Below, one piece after another: positions 39,063 through 51,474 of a stretch of 64,000 bases of DNA. How positions within the stretch are numbered: the first letter of the stretch is position 1; every line of letters begins with the position of its first letter. Position numbers and translations under genes: made by a program. The stretch spans positions 114,781 to 178,780 of the forward strand of contig FIZI01000006.1 of assembly GCA_900016865.1 (NCBI GenBank). The letters run 5' to 3'. This DNA comes from an uncultured Clostridia bacterium (lineage in GTDB: Bacteria; Bacillota; DTU014). Below the pieces are notes generated by a model. That model did no database searches. It worked only from the letters and a program-made list of their open reading frames with translations, and had not been told where the DNA came from.

Positions 39063-39650
39063 TTGATCCCCGTCATGAGTGACATTACCTTGGGATCTGC
39101 GTCACCTCGGAGGGCCGATCTGCTAAGGCAGATAGGCCTTTCGTTCGATATACTGCCGAGTCAAGTTGATGAGGATATATTGCCCGGTGAGGATCCGGCG
39201 AGCTATTGCGAGAGGGCAGCTCTCATGAAGGCTCGCGATGTGGCGGGGCGAAGCAGCAGTCGCTTGATCATAGGTGCAGATACGGTCGTAGTGCTCGATG
39301 GCGAGATCCTAGGCAAGCCCGGCAGTGAGGCGGAGGCTCGCTCGATGCTTGAGAGGCTTAGCGGCCGAACTCACCAAGTGATTACCGGAGTCTGCGTGCT
39401 TGAGCGTACCTCAGGCAGACACGAGGTGTTCTCTGTGACCTCCAGTGTCGCCTTTAGGGTTATAGACCCACTGGAGATAGACCGGTACATCGGCACCGGC
39501 GAGCCGATGGACAAGGCTGGTGCGTACGCTGTTCAGGGCATAGGTGCGATCTTTATTCGATCCATGTCAGGCAGTTATAGCAACGTTGTAGGATTGCCGC
39601 TGTACGAGACAGCACAAGCCCTGGACAGGTTTGGTGTTGCTGTGCTCTAG
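39063..39650 (+). CDS. maf: Maf nucleotide pyrophosphatase
   Basis: SASPRR, GADTVV, GKP, DKAGAY, NVVGLP. Confidence 0.96.
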   Translation: MIPVMSDITLGSASPRRADLLRQIGLSFDILPSQVDEDILPGEDPASYCERAALMKARDVAGRSSSRLIIGADTVVVLDGEILGKPGSEAEARSMLERLSGRTHQVITGVCVLERTSGRHEVFSVTSSVAFRVIDPLEIDRYIGTGEPMDKAGAYAVQGIGAIFIRSMSGSYSNVVGLPLYETAQALDRFGVAVL

Positions 39651-39679
39651 TCTATCTCCTTGGGCGATGAGGTGATACG

Positions 39680-41457
<1,778 letters not shown>

Positions 41458-41460
41458 GAG

Positions 41461-42300
41461 GTGCCCGGCTTAGTGAGGCCCAGTCGCTCCAAGCTCGGCT
41501 TGATAAGGCTCACAGTCGTGCTGCTGCTGATATCAGCTGTGGCTTTGGTTTGCTTTGTCAAGGGATTTGTCGCGGCCGAGCCGGCTGGCAGGATTATCCG
41601 TACAGCGCTGTATCCATTGCAGCGAGCATTCGCAGTTGCCTATGAAGGCATTGCCGCTCGGGTGCAGTTGATCAGGGATTACGAGCGTATACTCGCAGAG
41701 AATGAACTCCTTCGGCAACAGGTCCAGGAAATGCGACTACTCCTTGTCAAGTATGACGAGGTGGCTGCAGAGAACGAGCGTTTGAGAGCTTTGCACGACT
41801 ATTCTGAACAGATCTCTTACGAGACGATTGCAGCCAGAGTCATAGCGAGAGACCCTCATGGTTGGCGTGACCACATCGTCATAGACAAGGGGACAGCTAA
41901 TGGGATAGCGAAGAATGATGCTGTGTTAGGATCTCATGGGCTCATCGGTAGGGTTGTTTCCGCGTCGCTCAACAGCTCGGTGGTTATGCTTATCAGTGAC
42001 CCACAGAGTTCTCTGTCTGGCAGGGTTCAAGACAGCCGTAGCCTTGTTGTTGTTGAGGGAACCGACCGCACTGACGGGTTGATTCGTTTTGATTGCCTCG
42101 AGAGCGGTGACAAGGTCCAGGTAGGCGATCTCGTGATTACCTCGGGCCTGGGCGGGGTGTTTCCTCCGGGCCTGCCCATTGGTGAGGTCTACAGTGTTGA
42201 AAAGGACTTCTATGGCATAGCTGACACTGGGTTGATAACTCCCGCCTCAAATCTCCTCAGCATCGAGTCAGTGTTGGTGATTATCGGCGCTGGTGTCTGA
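41461..42300 (+). CDS. mreC: Rod shape-determining protein MreC
   Basis: TM segment, coiled coil, IDKG, GLIGRV, TSGLGGVFP. Confidence 0.95.
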   Translation: MPGLVRPSRSKLGLIRLTVVLLLISAVALVCFVKGFVAAEPAGRIIRTALYPLQRAFAVAYEGIAARVQLIRDYERILAENELLRQQVQEMRLLLVKYDEVAAENERLRALHDYSEQISYETIAARVIARDPHGWRDHIVIDKGTANGIAKNDAVLGSHGLIGRVVSASLNSSVVMLISDPQSSLSGRVQDSRSLVVVEGTDRTDGLIRFDCLESGDKVQVGDLVITSGLGGVFPPGLPIGEVYSVEKDFYGIADTGLITPASNLLSIESVLVIIGAGV

Positions 42301-42365
42301 TTGCATGCATGGGTTTGGGCATTGGGCCTTGCCCATGCAGGATCCGGGTGACATGGAGTGAGACT

Positions 42366-42890
42366 ATGCGGCGCGCGTCTATTGGCACTGCGGTCATAAC
42401 CTTTCTTTGGGCGTGGCTGACTGTTTCTGTAGAGACCTCAATAGTGTTTCGCTTTCCGCAACCCGCCTCGTCTGTCAACCCGCTTCTTGTTGCCACTCTG
42501 TCGAGTGCACTGTTTGTTGCTCCCGAGTACGGCGTGGGTTTTGCGTTCATTTGTGGCTTGATGAGCGACATCGCTTTGGGCAATGCAGTTGGCCTGCGGT
42601 CGATCCCTCTCGTCTTGTGCGCAGCAGTTGTCGGAATGGCGCAGGACAAGCTCTCCAGAGAGCATCCCGTGACATGGATGCTCCTTGGCGTCATGGGTTC
42701 ACTTCTGCACGACTTGGTCTACTTCAGTATCCTCGGGCTTGTGGGCTACTTGCCGCTGCTGTACGATCAGCTAATAAAGACAGCTGCTGTGAGCGCTCTA
42801 GCTAATGGCATTCTGTCGTTTGTTTGTTTGTTGCCTGCTTACCTCTGGTGGAGGACAAGAACTCGGTCATTTCCTGACAGATTGGATTGA
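42366..42890 (+). CDS. mreD: Rod shape-determining protein MreD
   Basis: Multi-TM protein with GL..D motif between mreC and mrdA. Confidence 0.85.
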   Translation: MRRASIGTAVITFLWAWLTVSVETSIVFRFPQPASSVNPLLVATLSSALFVAPEYGVGFAFICGLMSDIALGNAVGLRSIPLVLCAAVVGMAQDKLSREHPVTWMLLGVMGSLLHDLVYFSILGLVGYLPLLYDQLIKTAAVSALANGILSFVCLLPAYLWWRTRTRSFPDRLD

Positions 42891-42899
42891 CGGTGGGAT

Positions 42900-44750
42900 A
42901 TGAACCAAGAGCGGTCTTCTAGGCGATTGGTATTCCTTGCGATTGCAGTTGTACTGGTGTTGTGCATCCTTACGGCCAGACTGTGGCAATTACAGGTGCT
43001 TAAGGGCGAGCAGTATTATCGCGCATCTGAGGACCAGCGACTCGTCCGCATCCCGATATCGGGCGCTAGAGGAGACATACTCGATAGGAACGGGATACCG
43101 CTGGCAACAACCCGGTTGGTTTTTACAGTTTCGCTGCTGAGAGAGACACACGAGGAACTGCTTGAGCCCACCGAGGAGTCGGCAGTGCTGATTGGCAGAC
43201 TTGCATCGCTCTTGGGGAAGTCCGATGAGGAGATACGGAGAGCTGTTGAGGCCGGACAGCCTTCTCCGGAGATAGCAGGTTACCAACTGGTGGAGCTAAG
43301 CTCTCTCGAGATCCCTCCGGAGGCTGTGTCGCAGATTGTTGAAAACAGAGAGGATTATCCCGGCTTTATCATTACCCGCAAACCGGTGCGGTGTTATCCG
43401 AACGGAGATGCGGCTTCTCAGATCCTCGGGTACGTTCGTCGCATCAGCTCTGAGGAGTTGTCGAGGCTGAGCGAGTACGGTTATCTGCCCTCCGATTTGG
43501 TTGGCAAGCTCGGGATAGAGAAAGCATTTGAGAGAGTGCTCAGAGATGTCGACGGGGGTCAGCTGATCGAAGTTGACAGGAGACGCACCCTGGTTCAGAC
43601 ACTCGCCACCGAACCTCCAACACGTGGCGGCGATGTTGTACTGACTATAGATCTGCCATTGCAAATAGCACTCGAGCGGGCCATAGACGAGCAGATAGCA
43701 TGGCTGCGCTCGCAGCCCGATCTAGCGAGTGCAACAGGTGGAGCCGGAGTCGTGATAGACGTCAAGACCGGACAGATTCTGGCAGCGGCCACTCGCCCCG
43801 GTGCAAGCCCCGAGCTCTATTCCACGTTTTCAGGACCGATGTCAGAGTGGCCTGGGAACGAGATGGACAAGGCAGTCAAAGCGAGCTATCCTCCAGGTTC
43901 TGTGTGGAAACCTGTGACTCTGCTTGCCGCGCTGGCTGGCGGGGTGATAGACGCGAGCTTTGTTCATGTCTGTGATGGGCGCCCTGATCCCGAACTTGCC
44001 GGGAAGTCTTGTCATTATCACGGACAGGTGGACTTGATGAGGTCGATCGAAGTGTCGTGCAACGCTTATCTGTGGATGGTCGGGAAGCAAATGTGGCGAG
44101 TCGAACGCACCGAACACATTGAGATAGCTCAGAGATACGCGGTGGAGCTTGGCTTTGGGATGCCTACCGGGGTTCAGCAGCAGATCGCCTCTATGGGAGG
44201 CACGCCGGACGTCGAGACCTCAGGCAACGTACCTGCAAGTACTCCTAGATATGGAGATTCGCTTAACTCCTCTATCGGACAGGGGGCCGTCACAGCCAGT
44301 CCTCTACAGATCGCACAGTTCTACGCTACTGTGGCAAGATCCGGCGTGAGAATCCCGACGTCACTGGTTCTGGAGGTAAGGCACCCTGACGGTTCAGTGA
44401 TCCATGCAGACCCTCCGCAAGAGATTAGCGTACACATTGATAAGCATTACTTCGATATTGTCAAGGAAGGGCTGGAGAGAGTACCCGTATCCGGCACGGC
44501 AGCAGCCGTTTTTTCGGGGTTTCCCCTCGATGATATTCCGGTTGCTGGCAAGACCGGCACTGCTGAGATCACAGGTAGAGAAAGCCACGGCTGGTTCGCT
44601 GCATACGCTCCAGCCGACGACCCGCAGATTGCTGTTGCAGTAGTGATCGAAAACGGCGGGTACGGTAGCCGATCAGCTGCTCCGGTAGTAAGAAAGGTGT
44701 TTGACTACTACTTCGGGATCAACTACGAGACTGACGATACCGCAGAGTAG
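42900..44750 (+). CDS. mrdA: Class B penicillin-binding protein 2
   Basis: RG.I.DRNG, SxxK (SVWK), SxN (SCN), KTG. Confidence 0.95.
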   Translation: MNQERSSRRLVFLAIAVVLVLCILTARLWQLQVLKGEQYYRASEDQRLVRIPISGARGDILDRNGIPLATTRLVFTVSLLRETHEELLEPTEESAVLIGRLASLLGKSDEEIRRAVEAGQPSPEIAGYQLVELSSLEIPPEAVSQIVENREDYPGFIITRKPVRCYPNGDAASQILGYVRRISSEELSRLSEYGYLPSDLVGKLGIEKAFERVLRDVDGGQLIEVDRRRTLVQTLATEPPTRGGDVVLTIDLPLQIALERAIDEQIAWLRSQPDLASATGGAGVVIDVKTGQILAAATRPGASPELYSTFSGPMSEWPGNEMDKAVKASYPPGSVWKPVTLLAALAGGVIDASFVHVCDGRPDPELAGKSCHYHGQVDLMRSIEVSCNAYLWMVGKQMWRVERTEHIEIAQRYAVELGFGMPTGVQQQIASMGGTPDVETSGNVPASTPRYGDSLNSSIGQGAVTASPLQIAQFYATVARSGVRIPTSLVLEVRHPDGSVIHADPPQEISVHIDKHYFDIVKEGLERVPVSGTAAAVFSGFPLDDIPVAGKTGTAEITGRESHGWFAAYAPADDPQIAVAVVIENGGYGSRSAAPVVRKVFDYYFGINYETDDTAE

Positions 44751-44846
44751 CGGGTGATCCGTCTCAAAGTCTCTAGCAGGAGTTCGGTTCTGCAACACAG
44801 AATATCACGTAACAGTTGGACTAGCTGGTTATGGGTGGTATTGGGT

Positions 44847-45509
44847 ATGGAAGTTGGCTCGATGGAGTTTAGGGGCACCAAGTCTGGTTTGTTGCTCAGG
44901 GCACACGTTGGATCTGATATCAGAGGCTTTATTGACCGCCTGAAGCAAAGGCTTTCCAAGTCGAGAGGCTTCTTCTCTGGGAGTTCTGTTAAGGCGCAGT
45001 TTGAGGACAAAGAGATTCCCGTTGAAAGCGTTCGTTTGATCGTGGAGACTCTACGTGAGTGTGGGCTGGAGCTTAGCTCGATAGCTACGAGCGCAAGGCC
45101 TCGACGCGTGTCCAGATCTGGTATAGCCGAAGAGGACGGTTTGCCAGCGGTCGGTCCTGACGAATGCGTATCGGTATTGGTCAAGCGTACGTTGAGGTCC
45201 GGGCAGAGGGTCGATTTTGGCGGCAGTGTAGTTGTGCTGGGGGACGTCAACCCCGGAGCCGAGGTTATTGCTGGTGGTGACGTGGTTGTCATGGGAAGTC
45301 TCAGGGGTATGGCACACGCAGGAGCGTATGGCGATACCGGTGCTGTCGTTGTCGCATTTCGACTCAATCCCACTCAGCTCAGAATCGCCAATCGGATTAG
45401 TAGGTCGCCGGATACGGTGCGAACGGACCCAAGCCATCCTGAGATAGCCAGGATATCCGAAGACGCAATAGTGATAGAAGCGTTTTCTGTGCCAGCGAGC
45501 GGCAGGTAA
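44847..45509 (+). CDS. minC: Septum site-determining protein MinC
   Basis: LRSGQ, GDVNPGAE, LRGMAHAG; start codon uncertain. Confidence 0.93.
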   Translation: MEVGSMEFRGTKSGLLLRAHVGSDIRGFIDRLKQRLSKSRGFFSGSSVKAQFEDKEIPVESVRLIVETLRECGLELSSIATSARPRRVSRSGIAEEDGLPAVGPDECVSVLVKRTLRSGQRVDFGGSVVVLGDVNPGAEVIAGGDVVVMGSLRGMAHAGAYGDTGAVVVAFRLNPTQLRIANRISRSPDTVRTDPSHPEIARISEDAIVIEAFSVPASGR

Positions 45510-45541
45510 CGGTGTTGCACAGATAGGAGGGGATTCCGAGC

Positions 45542-46345
45542 GTGAGTGGACAGGTGGTTGTTGTAACCTCCGGCAAGGGAGGGGTTGGGAAAACCACGGT
45601 AGTTGCGAACATCGGCACGGGCCTGGCTCTTTCAGGTCAGAAGGTAGTGCTTGTAGACGCTGACATAGGGCTTCGCAACCTTGACGTCGTAATGGGCCTC
45701 GAGAATCGCATTCTCTATGATATAGTTGATGTTGTCGAGGGCCGCACTGAGGTCCGGAAGGCCCTGATTCGCGACAAGCGGGTCGAGGGTCTCTCACTGT
45801 TGCCTGCTTCTCAGACTCGTGACAAGACGGCGGTGACTGAGGAGCAGATGAAGTGCCTGTGCGATAGCCTCAAAGAGGAGTTTGACTATGTCCTCATCGA
45901 CTGTCCCGCTGGGATCGAGCAAGGTTTTCAAAACGCAGTGGCGGGGGCGGACGGGGCTATTATCGTATCAATACCGGAGGTTTCTGCACTGAGGGATGCA
46001 GACAAGGTTGTAGGGCTACTTGAGGGTGCCGGATTGACTGACCCCTACCTAGTGGTCAACCGCATCCGCATGGACATGGTCCGCAGGGGCGACATGCTCG
46101 ATGTTTCGGACATGACGGATATACTGGGGCGGCAGGTGAGGCTGCTCGGCATTGTCCCGGATGATCAGTCTATCATTGTATCGACTAACAGAGGTGAGCC
46201 CGCTGTACTCGATCCGAAATCCAGAGCAGGCCAAGCATTCAGGAACATCGTTAGACGCCTTTTGGGTGAAGAGGTCGAGTTCATGGATCTGAACGAGGGC
46301 GGACTGGTGGCGCGCCTCATGAAACTGGTTGGCCTGGCGAAGTAG
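45542..46345 (+). CDS. minD: Septum site-determining ATPase MinD
   Basis: SGKGGVGKT, DIGLRNLD, DCPAGIE. Confidence 0.98.
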   Translation: MSGQVVVVTSGKGGVGKTTVVANIGTGLALSGQKVVLVDADIGLRNLDVVMGLENRILYDIVDVVEGRTEVRKALIRDKRVEGLSLLPASQTRDKTAVTEEQMKCLCDSLKEEFDYVLIDCPAGIEQGFQNAVAGADGAIIVSIPEVSALRDADKVVGLLEGAGLTDPYLVVNRIRMDMVRRGDMLDVSDMTDILGRQVRLLGIVPDDQSIIVSTNRGEPAVLDPKSRAGQAFRNIVRRLLGEEVEFMDLNEGGLVARLMKLVGLAK

Positions 46346-46357
46346 TTCGGGAGGGAG

Positions 46358-46672
46358 ATGGCGGCTTTGCTCGATTTTATAGGCAGGCTTTTTGGCCGAG
46401 TTGATCAGGGCAGCAGCAGTATTGCAAAGAAAAGGCTCCAGCTGGTCCTGGTGCAGGATCGGACGAATATGTCACCCGAGGTCTTGGAAGACCTCAAGAC
46501 AGAGCTCATTGGTGTGTTGTCCCGTTATCTGGAGATTGACGAGGTAGGCATGTCGGTCGAATTGGATAGATCGGACGACTCCATTGCACTCGTTGCCAGC
46601 ATCCCCGTCAAGAGCGTGAGAGCTAGGTCTGTTCAAACGGATTCGTTGAAATCGGCACGTGTCGGCGAGTAG
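46358..46672 (+). CDS. minE: Cell division topological specificity factor MinE
   Basis: AKKRLQLVLVQDR, ALVASIP. Confidence 0.95.
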   Translation: MAALLDFIGRLFGRVDQGSSSIAKKRLQLVLVQDRTNMSPEVLEDLKTELIGVLSRYLEIDEVGMSVELDRSDDSIALVASIPVKSVRARSVQTDSLKSARVGE

Positions 46673-47783
46673 GGATGTGGACCAGGTGAGAGGGCGAGAG
46701 TGGAACATAGATTGGCTTTCCGTTGCTCTCTGTGGCCTCACCTTGGCTTTGACGGCGTTTGGCATTGTTATGATTTACTCAGCCACGAGAAGCACTAATC
46801 TTGCCATACGCCAGGCTGTGTGGCTGTGCATCTCGCTTGTCGCTTTTGCTATTACAGTAAGGATCAACTACGTCGAGTTTATGCGGATCAACCGCTATGT
46901 GTACTTTGGTGTCATCGCTCTCCTTGTGCTTGTTCTCGTCCCCTTCATCGGCAAAGTAGTCAATGGAGCACGGAGCTGGATACCTGTCGGCCCCCTAGGG
47001 AGTTTTCAGCCGTCGGAGTTTGCGAAGGTCGGCATCGTGGTCACGCTTGGGACGCTCCTGCGTAACTCGCATCTCTACAAGCGTCATGAAGTCTTGCCCG
47101 CAATCGTACACGTAGGTATACCCGTGCTTCTCATACTGCTCCAACCGGACTTCGGGACGGCGATGGTGTTTATCGTCGTTTTGTTTGTCATGCTGTTTGT
47201 CGGGGGAACAGACATCAGGTGGTTGCTTGGAATGCTGATAACCGGGGTTGGAGCTACTCCAGTGCTCATTAAGTACGGGCTTCGCGATTACCAGAGACAG
47301 CGGTTGCTGGTATTTCTCGATCCTTACTCGGATCCTCTGCGTTCGGGATGGAATGTGATCCAATCTCTGGTGTCCGTAGGGTCCGGCAGGTTGTTTGGCA
47401 AGGGTCTGTTTGGAAGCACTCAGGGACGGCTAGGATTCTTGCCCGAGCATCACAACGACTTCATCTTCGCCCTTGTTGCAGAGGAATTCGGGTTTGTCGG
47501 GTCTTTCCTGGTCCTCTTAGTTTATGCTGCGATTCTCCTCTTGGGCATAAAGGTGGCTTTCGATGCCAAGGACTACTACGGGCGCTGTATTGCGGCTGGC
47601 GTGGTGTCCATGTACATGGCACATGTGATGATAAACGTAGGAATGGTTGTCGGCCTGATGCCGGTTACCGGCATTCCGTTGCCCTTTGTTAGCTCGGGCG
47701 GCAGTTCGCTCTTGACAAACTGGATTGGTCTTGGTCTCTTGATAAATGTGTACAAACACAGAGTCAGGCTTACCTTCAGGTAG
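46659..47783 (+). CDS. rodA: SEDS peptidoglycan polymerase RodA
   Basis: GARSW, QPSEFAK, QPDFGT, LPE.HNDFIF, TGIPLPFVS.GGSS. Confidence 0.95.
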   Translation: MSASRDVDQVRGREWNIDWLSVALCGLTLALTAFGIVMIYSATRSTNLAIRQAVWLCISLVAFAITVRINYVEFMRINRYVYFGVIALLVLVLVPFIGKVVNGARSWIPVGPLGSFQPSEFAKVGIVVTLGTLLRNSHLYKRHEVLPAIVHVGIPVLLILLQPDFGTAMVFIVVLFVMLFVGGTDIRWLLGMLITGVGATPVLIKYGLRDYQRQRLLVFLDPYSDPLRSGWNVIQSLVSVGSGRLFGKGLFGSTQGRLGFLPEHHNDFIFALVAEEFGFVGSFLVLLVYAAILLLGIKVAFDAKDYYGRCIAAGVVSMYMAHVMINVGMVVGLMPVTGIPLPFVSSGGSSLLTNWIGLGLLINVYKHRVRLTFR

Positions 47784-47802
47784 GGGATGGGGCGGGCAGC
47801 GA

Positions 47803-47831
47803 TAATACTGCTTCTCTGTCTCCCATATAAT
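47803..47831 (+). promoter_or_regulatory. SigE-type promoter for spoIVFB
   Basis: TAATACT-14 bp-CATATAAT resembles the sigma-E consensus. Confidence 0.6.
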
Positions 47832-47895
47832 CTACTGGGCGAGCAGAGGTGTTGCTTGGATGCCGGCCCAATAGCGACCGAGAAGAGAAGGTAGA

Positions 47896-48765
47896 ATGAC
47901 TATCGCCAGGGTGTTTGGTATCAGGCTCAGGGTCAATATCCTGTTTTTTTTTCTACTGGTTCTCTACGGGATCGCGGGGCTGCCTGCCGAAGCGGTAGTG
48001 ATTTTTGCTGCTGTCGTCTTGCACGAGCTGTGGCACGTAGTTGTGGCACTTGGGCACGGATTTGACATTGATGAGGTAGAGCTGCTACCATTTGGTGGAG
48101 TCGCCAGGCTCAGGGGGTTGATCGAAGTCAATCCTGCTGCAGAGCTTAGTGTATCCGCTGCCGGGCCCTTGGCGAGCTTTGCCATTGCGGCCATCACATT
48201 GGGCTTGTTCGGCTTTTGCGGCCGTTTGGGGCCGTATGCTCGGCTCTTCGCCTTGTCCAATATGGCGGTTGGGTCGTTCAACCTCTTGCCAATAATCCCC
48301 TTGGACGGCGGCCGCATCATGCGCGCAGTTCTTGTTCGAAAGCTGGGGTTTATCCAAGGAAGCAGGTCCTGTGCTCGAGTCAGTGGCTGCGTGCTCGCGA
48401 TTGCATCGGCTGGAGTAGCAGCTGGCGCCTTAACGGGGCTGGTAAGTCCGATTAGTCTGTTGCCGATCGTGTTTCTCTTTTTTGCATGGAAGAGAGAGCG
48501 AGCCAATGGGGCGTATATACTGTTTAGATACCTGATAAGGCGGGAGTCCGAGATACTTTCCGATCGGATAATGGCAGTGCAGCAGCTTGTTGCAACCAAG
48601 GACGTGACGATTAGGGAGGTCCTGCACCATATCTCGCCTCAGCGGTATCACTTGATAGTTGTCCTTGATGCCAATCTGGAGACACTAGGGGTTATAGGAG
48701 AGAAACAGCTCTTGGACTCGTTCTTGGCGGGCAACGGAGACGTACCTCTCGAGGCACTGCTTTAG
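47896..48765 (+). CDS. spoIVFB: M50 site-2 protease, SpoIVFB-like
   Basis: HELWH, PFGG, AGP, NLLPIIPLDGG, degenerate CBS-like tail. Confidence 0.88.
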   Translation: MTIARVFGIRLRVNILFFFLLVLYGIAGLPAEAVVIFAAVVLHELWHVVVALGHGFDIDEVELLPFGGVARLRGLIEVNPAAELSVSAAGPLASFAIAAITLGLFGFCGRLGPYARLFALSNMAVGSFNLLPIIPLDGGRIMRAVLVRKLGFIQGSRSCARVSGCVLAIASAGVAAGALTGLVSPISLLPIVFLFFAWKRERANGAYILFRYLIRRESEILSDRIMAVQQLVATKDVTIREVLHHISPQRYHLIVVLDANLETLGVIGEKQLLDSFLAGNGDVPLEALL

Positions 48766-48828
48766 GCCTTCAGCGAGAAGTCTTGATGGGAGCAAGTCGG
48801 CTGGAACGGTCAGTTGTAGGAGGATTGC

Positions 48829-50715
48829 TTGGTGGAACTTGGAGCATCACTACGACAAAAGGTCTTGAATGATATTCTTCCTTTGGTAGAAAAACCAGGG
48901 CGATACATAGGAGGAGAACACAACTCGGTCAGCAAACCATGGGACAGCGTCAGCACTCGATTCCTGTTTGCATTTCCCGATGTCTATGACGTTGGGATGT
49001 CCTATCTAGGCCTGCGAGTTCTATACCATCTCATAAACCAGCGCGAGGATGCTCTCTGTGAACGCGCCTTCGCACCTTGGCCTGACATGGAGGCTCTCAT
49101 GCGCTCCAACGGCATCCCATTGTACTCGCTAGAGTCATTTACTCCTGCCCGCAGGTTTGATATCATCGGCTTTACACTCCAGTACGAACTCAATTACACG
49201 AACGTGCTCAACATGCTGGACCTGTCCAATATCCCGGTCAGATCTTCTGACAGGGATGAGTCGCATCCGTTGATCATAGCAGGCGGGCCCGTTGTGTACA
49301 ATCCCGAACCAATGGCTGATTTCATCGATGCGTTCGTGATCGGCGATGGCGAAGAGGTCATCAACGAGATATTGGACATGATGGCCTCAAACGACCGCTC
49401 AAGGGATCGATTGGGATTGCTCAAAGAGCTGGCACAAATCGAAGGAGTGTACGTTCCTCGGTTTTACGACATACGCTATTCTGGGCTGTCTGTTTCGAGC
49501 TTCTCTGCTGATGCGGGCGTTCCTGATCGGATTGTGCCAAGGAGAGTCAGGGATCTGGAGAGCGTGCCTTTTCCGGATGAAGTCATAGTGCCGCTTGTCG
49601 ATACGGTCCATGACAGAGCTATGGTCGAACTTTTTAGGGGATGTACGAGAGGTTGCAGGTTCTGTCAGGCAGGGATCATATATAGGCCGGTTCGAGAGCG
49701 CAGGCCGGAGACAGTTCGCAAGCACGTACTTAGTCAGTTGGATTCTACTGGGTACAACGAGGTATCGTTGATGTCACTGAGCAGCGCCGATTACTCATCT
49801 ATAGAGGCGCTCATAGGCTCTTTGGCGGGTGACTGTGACAGCCGCAAAGTCACAGTGTCTTTGCCATCGCTCAGGGTTGATTCGTTCTCCATAGGTTTGG
49901 CGAACCGACTTCAGGGATTGCGCAAGTCTAGCATAACGTTCGCGCCCGAGGCCGGGACCCAGCGCATGCGCGATGTCATCAACAAGAACGTAACAGAGGA
50001 CGACCTGATGGAAGCTGCGCGCGCGGCCTTTGCACACGGGTGGACGACAATAAAGCTGTACTTCATGATCGGCCTCCCGTTTGAGACCGATGAGGACGTC
50101 CTCGGCATCGCAGAGCTGGCGCACAAGGTGATTGATCAGGGCAGGCAGGTTATCCGAGACGCGGGCGGGAACCCGGGGCGTGCCAAGGTTCACGTATCTG
50201 TCGCTTCGTTCGTGCCAAAGCCGCACACTCCGTTTCAGTGGGTTAGACAGGACAGCCGTGAGGAGTTCGAAAGGAAAATCGGCCTCTTGCGGCGGTCTAT
50301 TCGGTCAAGGGCTATTAAGCTAAGCTGGAATGACCCGGACATCAGTCTCCTGGAAGCGGCGCTATCTAGGGGCGATCGTCGTGTCGGCAATGTGATCGAA
50401 AAGGCCTGGTCTATGGGATGCAGGTTTGATGGATGGGACGAGTTGTTCGAACCGGAGAAGTGGTGGGATGCTTTTCGATCGTGCGAAATCGATCCTGAGT
50501 ACATCGGCACGACAGACCGTGATGTGTCCTCGACACTTCCGTGGGATCATATATCGACAGGCGTGAGCAAGTCGTTCTTGCTGGCAGAGCTACGACGTGC
50601 CGAGCGAGGCGAAACGACTCCGGATTGCCGCTCTGATCGCTGCACTGGCTGCGGCGTATGTCCCTCGCTCGAGGTTTCGACAGTGCTCTCAACAGGAGGA
50701 ACTGCTGATGCCTAG
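48829..50715 (+). CDS. B12-binding radical SAM protein (TIGR03960-like)
   Basis: KPGRYIGGE, FPDVY..GMS, RGCTRGCRFCQAG, FVPKPHTPFQW. Confidence 0.93.
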   Translation: MVELGASLRQKVLNDILPLVEKPGRYIGGEHNSVSKPWDSVSTRFLFAFPDVYDVGMSYLGLRVLYHLINQREDALCERAFAPWPDMEALMRSNGIPLYSLESFTPARRFDIIGFTLQYELNYTNVLNMLDLSNIPVRSSDRDESHPLIIAGGPVVYNPEPMADFIDAFVIGDGEEVINEILDMMASNDRSRDRLGLLKELAQIEGVYVPRFYDIRYSGLSVSSFSADAGVPDRIVPRRVRDLESVPFPDEVIVPLVDTVHDRAMVELFRGCTRGCRFCQAGIIYRPVRERRPETVRKHVLSQLDSTGYNEVSLMSLSSADYSSIEALIGSLAGDCDSRKVTVSLPSLRVDSFSIGLANRLQGLRKSSITFAPEAGTQRMRDVINKNVTEDDLMEAARAAFAHGWTTIKLYFMIGLPFETDEDVLGIAELAHKVIDQGRQVIRDAGGNPGRAKVHVSVASFVPKPHTPFQWVRQDSREEFERKIGLLRRSIRSRAIKLSWNDPDISLLEAALSRGDRRVGNVIEKAWSMGCRFDGWDELFEPEKWWDAFRSCEIDPEYIGTTDRDVSSTLPWDHISTGVSKSFLLAELRRAERGETTPDCRSDRCTGCGVCPSLEVSTVLSTGGTADA

Positions 50716-51391
50716 GGTCAGAATTCGCATGCACAAACTCGGCAGATACGCTTATCTGTCCCATCTGGATATGGTCCGCGTGCTCGAACGAGCTATTCGA
50801 AGAGCGGGATTGCGCTTGGCATACTCACAGGGGTTCAACCCGCACCCCAAAATCAGTTTCGGGGCTCCGTTAGCCGTAGGGGTCACCAGTACCTGCGAAG
50901 TGGCAGACGTCGAGTTTGACGGCAGTGTGTCGCCTGATGAGATAATCAACAAGTTGAACGAGCAGTTGCCTGAAGGCATGAAGGTTGACAAAGCCGTCTT
51001 GATTGACCGGAGGGCTAAGAGCCTGATGTCCGAGATAGCAGCCGCACGCTACATAATCAGGATGACGCTGGCTGGTCCTGAGCTTGGACAGCTTGAAGAT
51101 TCGATCAAACAGTTGCTTGATCGGGATCAGTTGCTCCTTGAGAAGACCAGAGATGGAGATGTCAAAGTAGTCGATGTTCGTCCGTACATATTAGACATGA
51201 AGGCAATGGCAGGAGAGACCCTGCAAATCGAGGCGTGTCTGCGTACAGGAAGCAAAGGCAACCTGCGCCCCGACGACCTAGTCACTGTAATGCGTCAATA
51301 CGGCGTCCTGCCGCCAGAGACGATCGGAGTGCGAATACATCGCATTGAACTCCTCGTCGAGCGCGATGGGCGTCTGGTATCTGCGATCTAG
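50708..51391 (+). CDS. Radical SAM-linked protein (TIGR03936/DUF2344-like)
   Basis: YLSHLD, YSQGFNPHP; overlaps the upstream stop. Confidence 0.92.
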   Translation: MPRVRIRMHKLGRYAYLSHLDMVRVLERAIRRAGLRLAYSQGFNPHPKISFGAPLAVGVTSTCEVADVEFDGSVSPDEIINKLNEQLPEGMKVDKAVLIDRRAKSLMSEIAAARYIIRMTLAGPELGQLEDSIKQLLDRDQLLLEKTRDGDVKVVDVRPYILDMKAMAGETLQIEACLRTGSKGNLRPDDLVTVMRQYGVLPPETIGVRIHRIELLVERDGRLVSAI

Positions 51392-51474
51392 CCGATGCGC
51401 CGGGTAAGTCGGGGCCAGCAATCAAGCGGGTTGAGCAAACATGCCCGCGTTTTTTGGAAGGCGAGGATCGCATT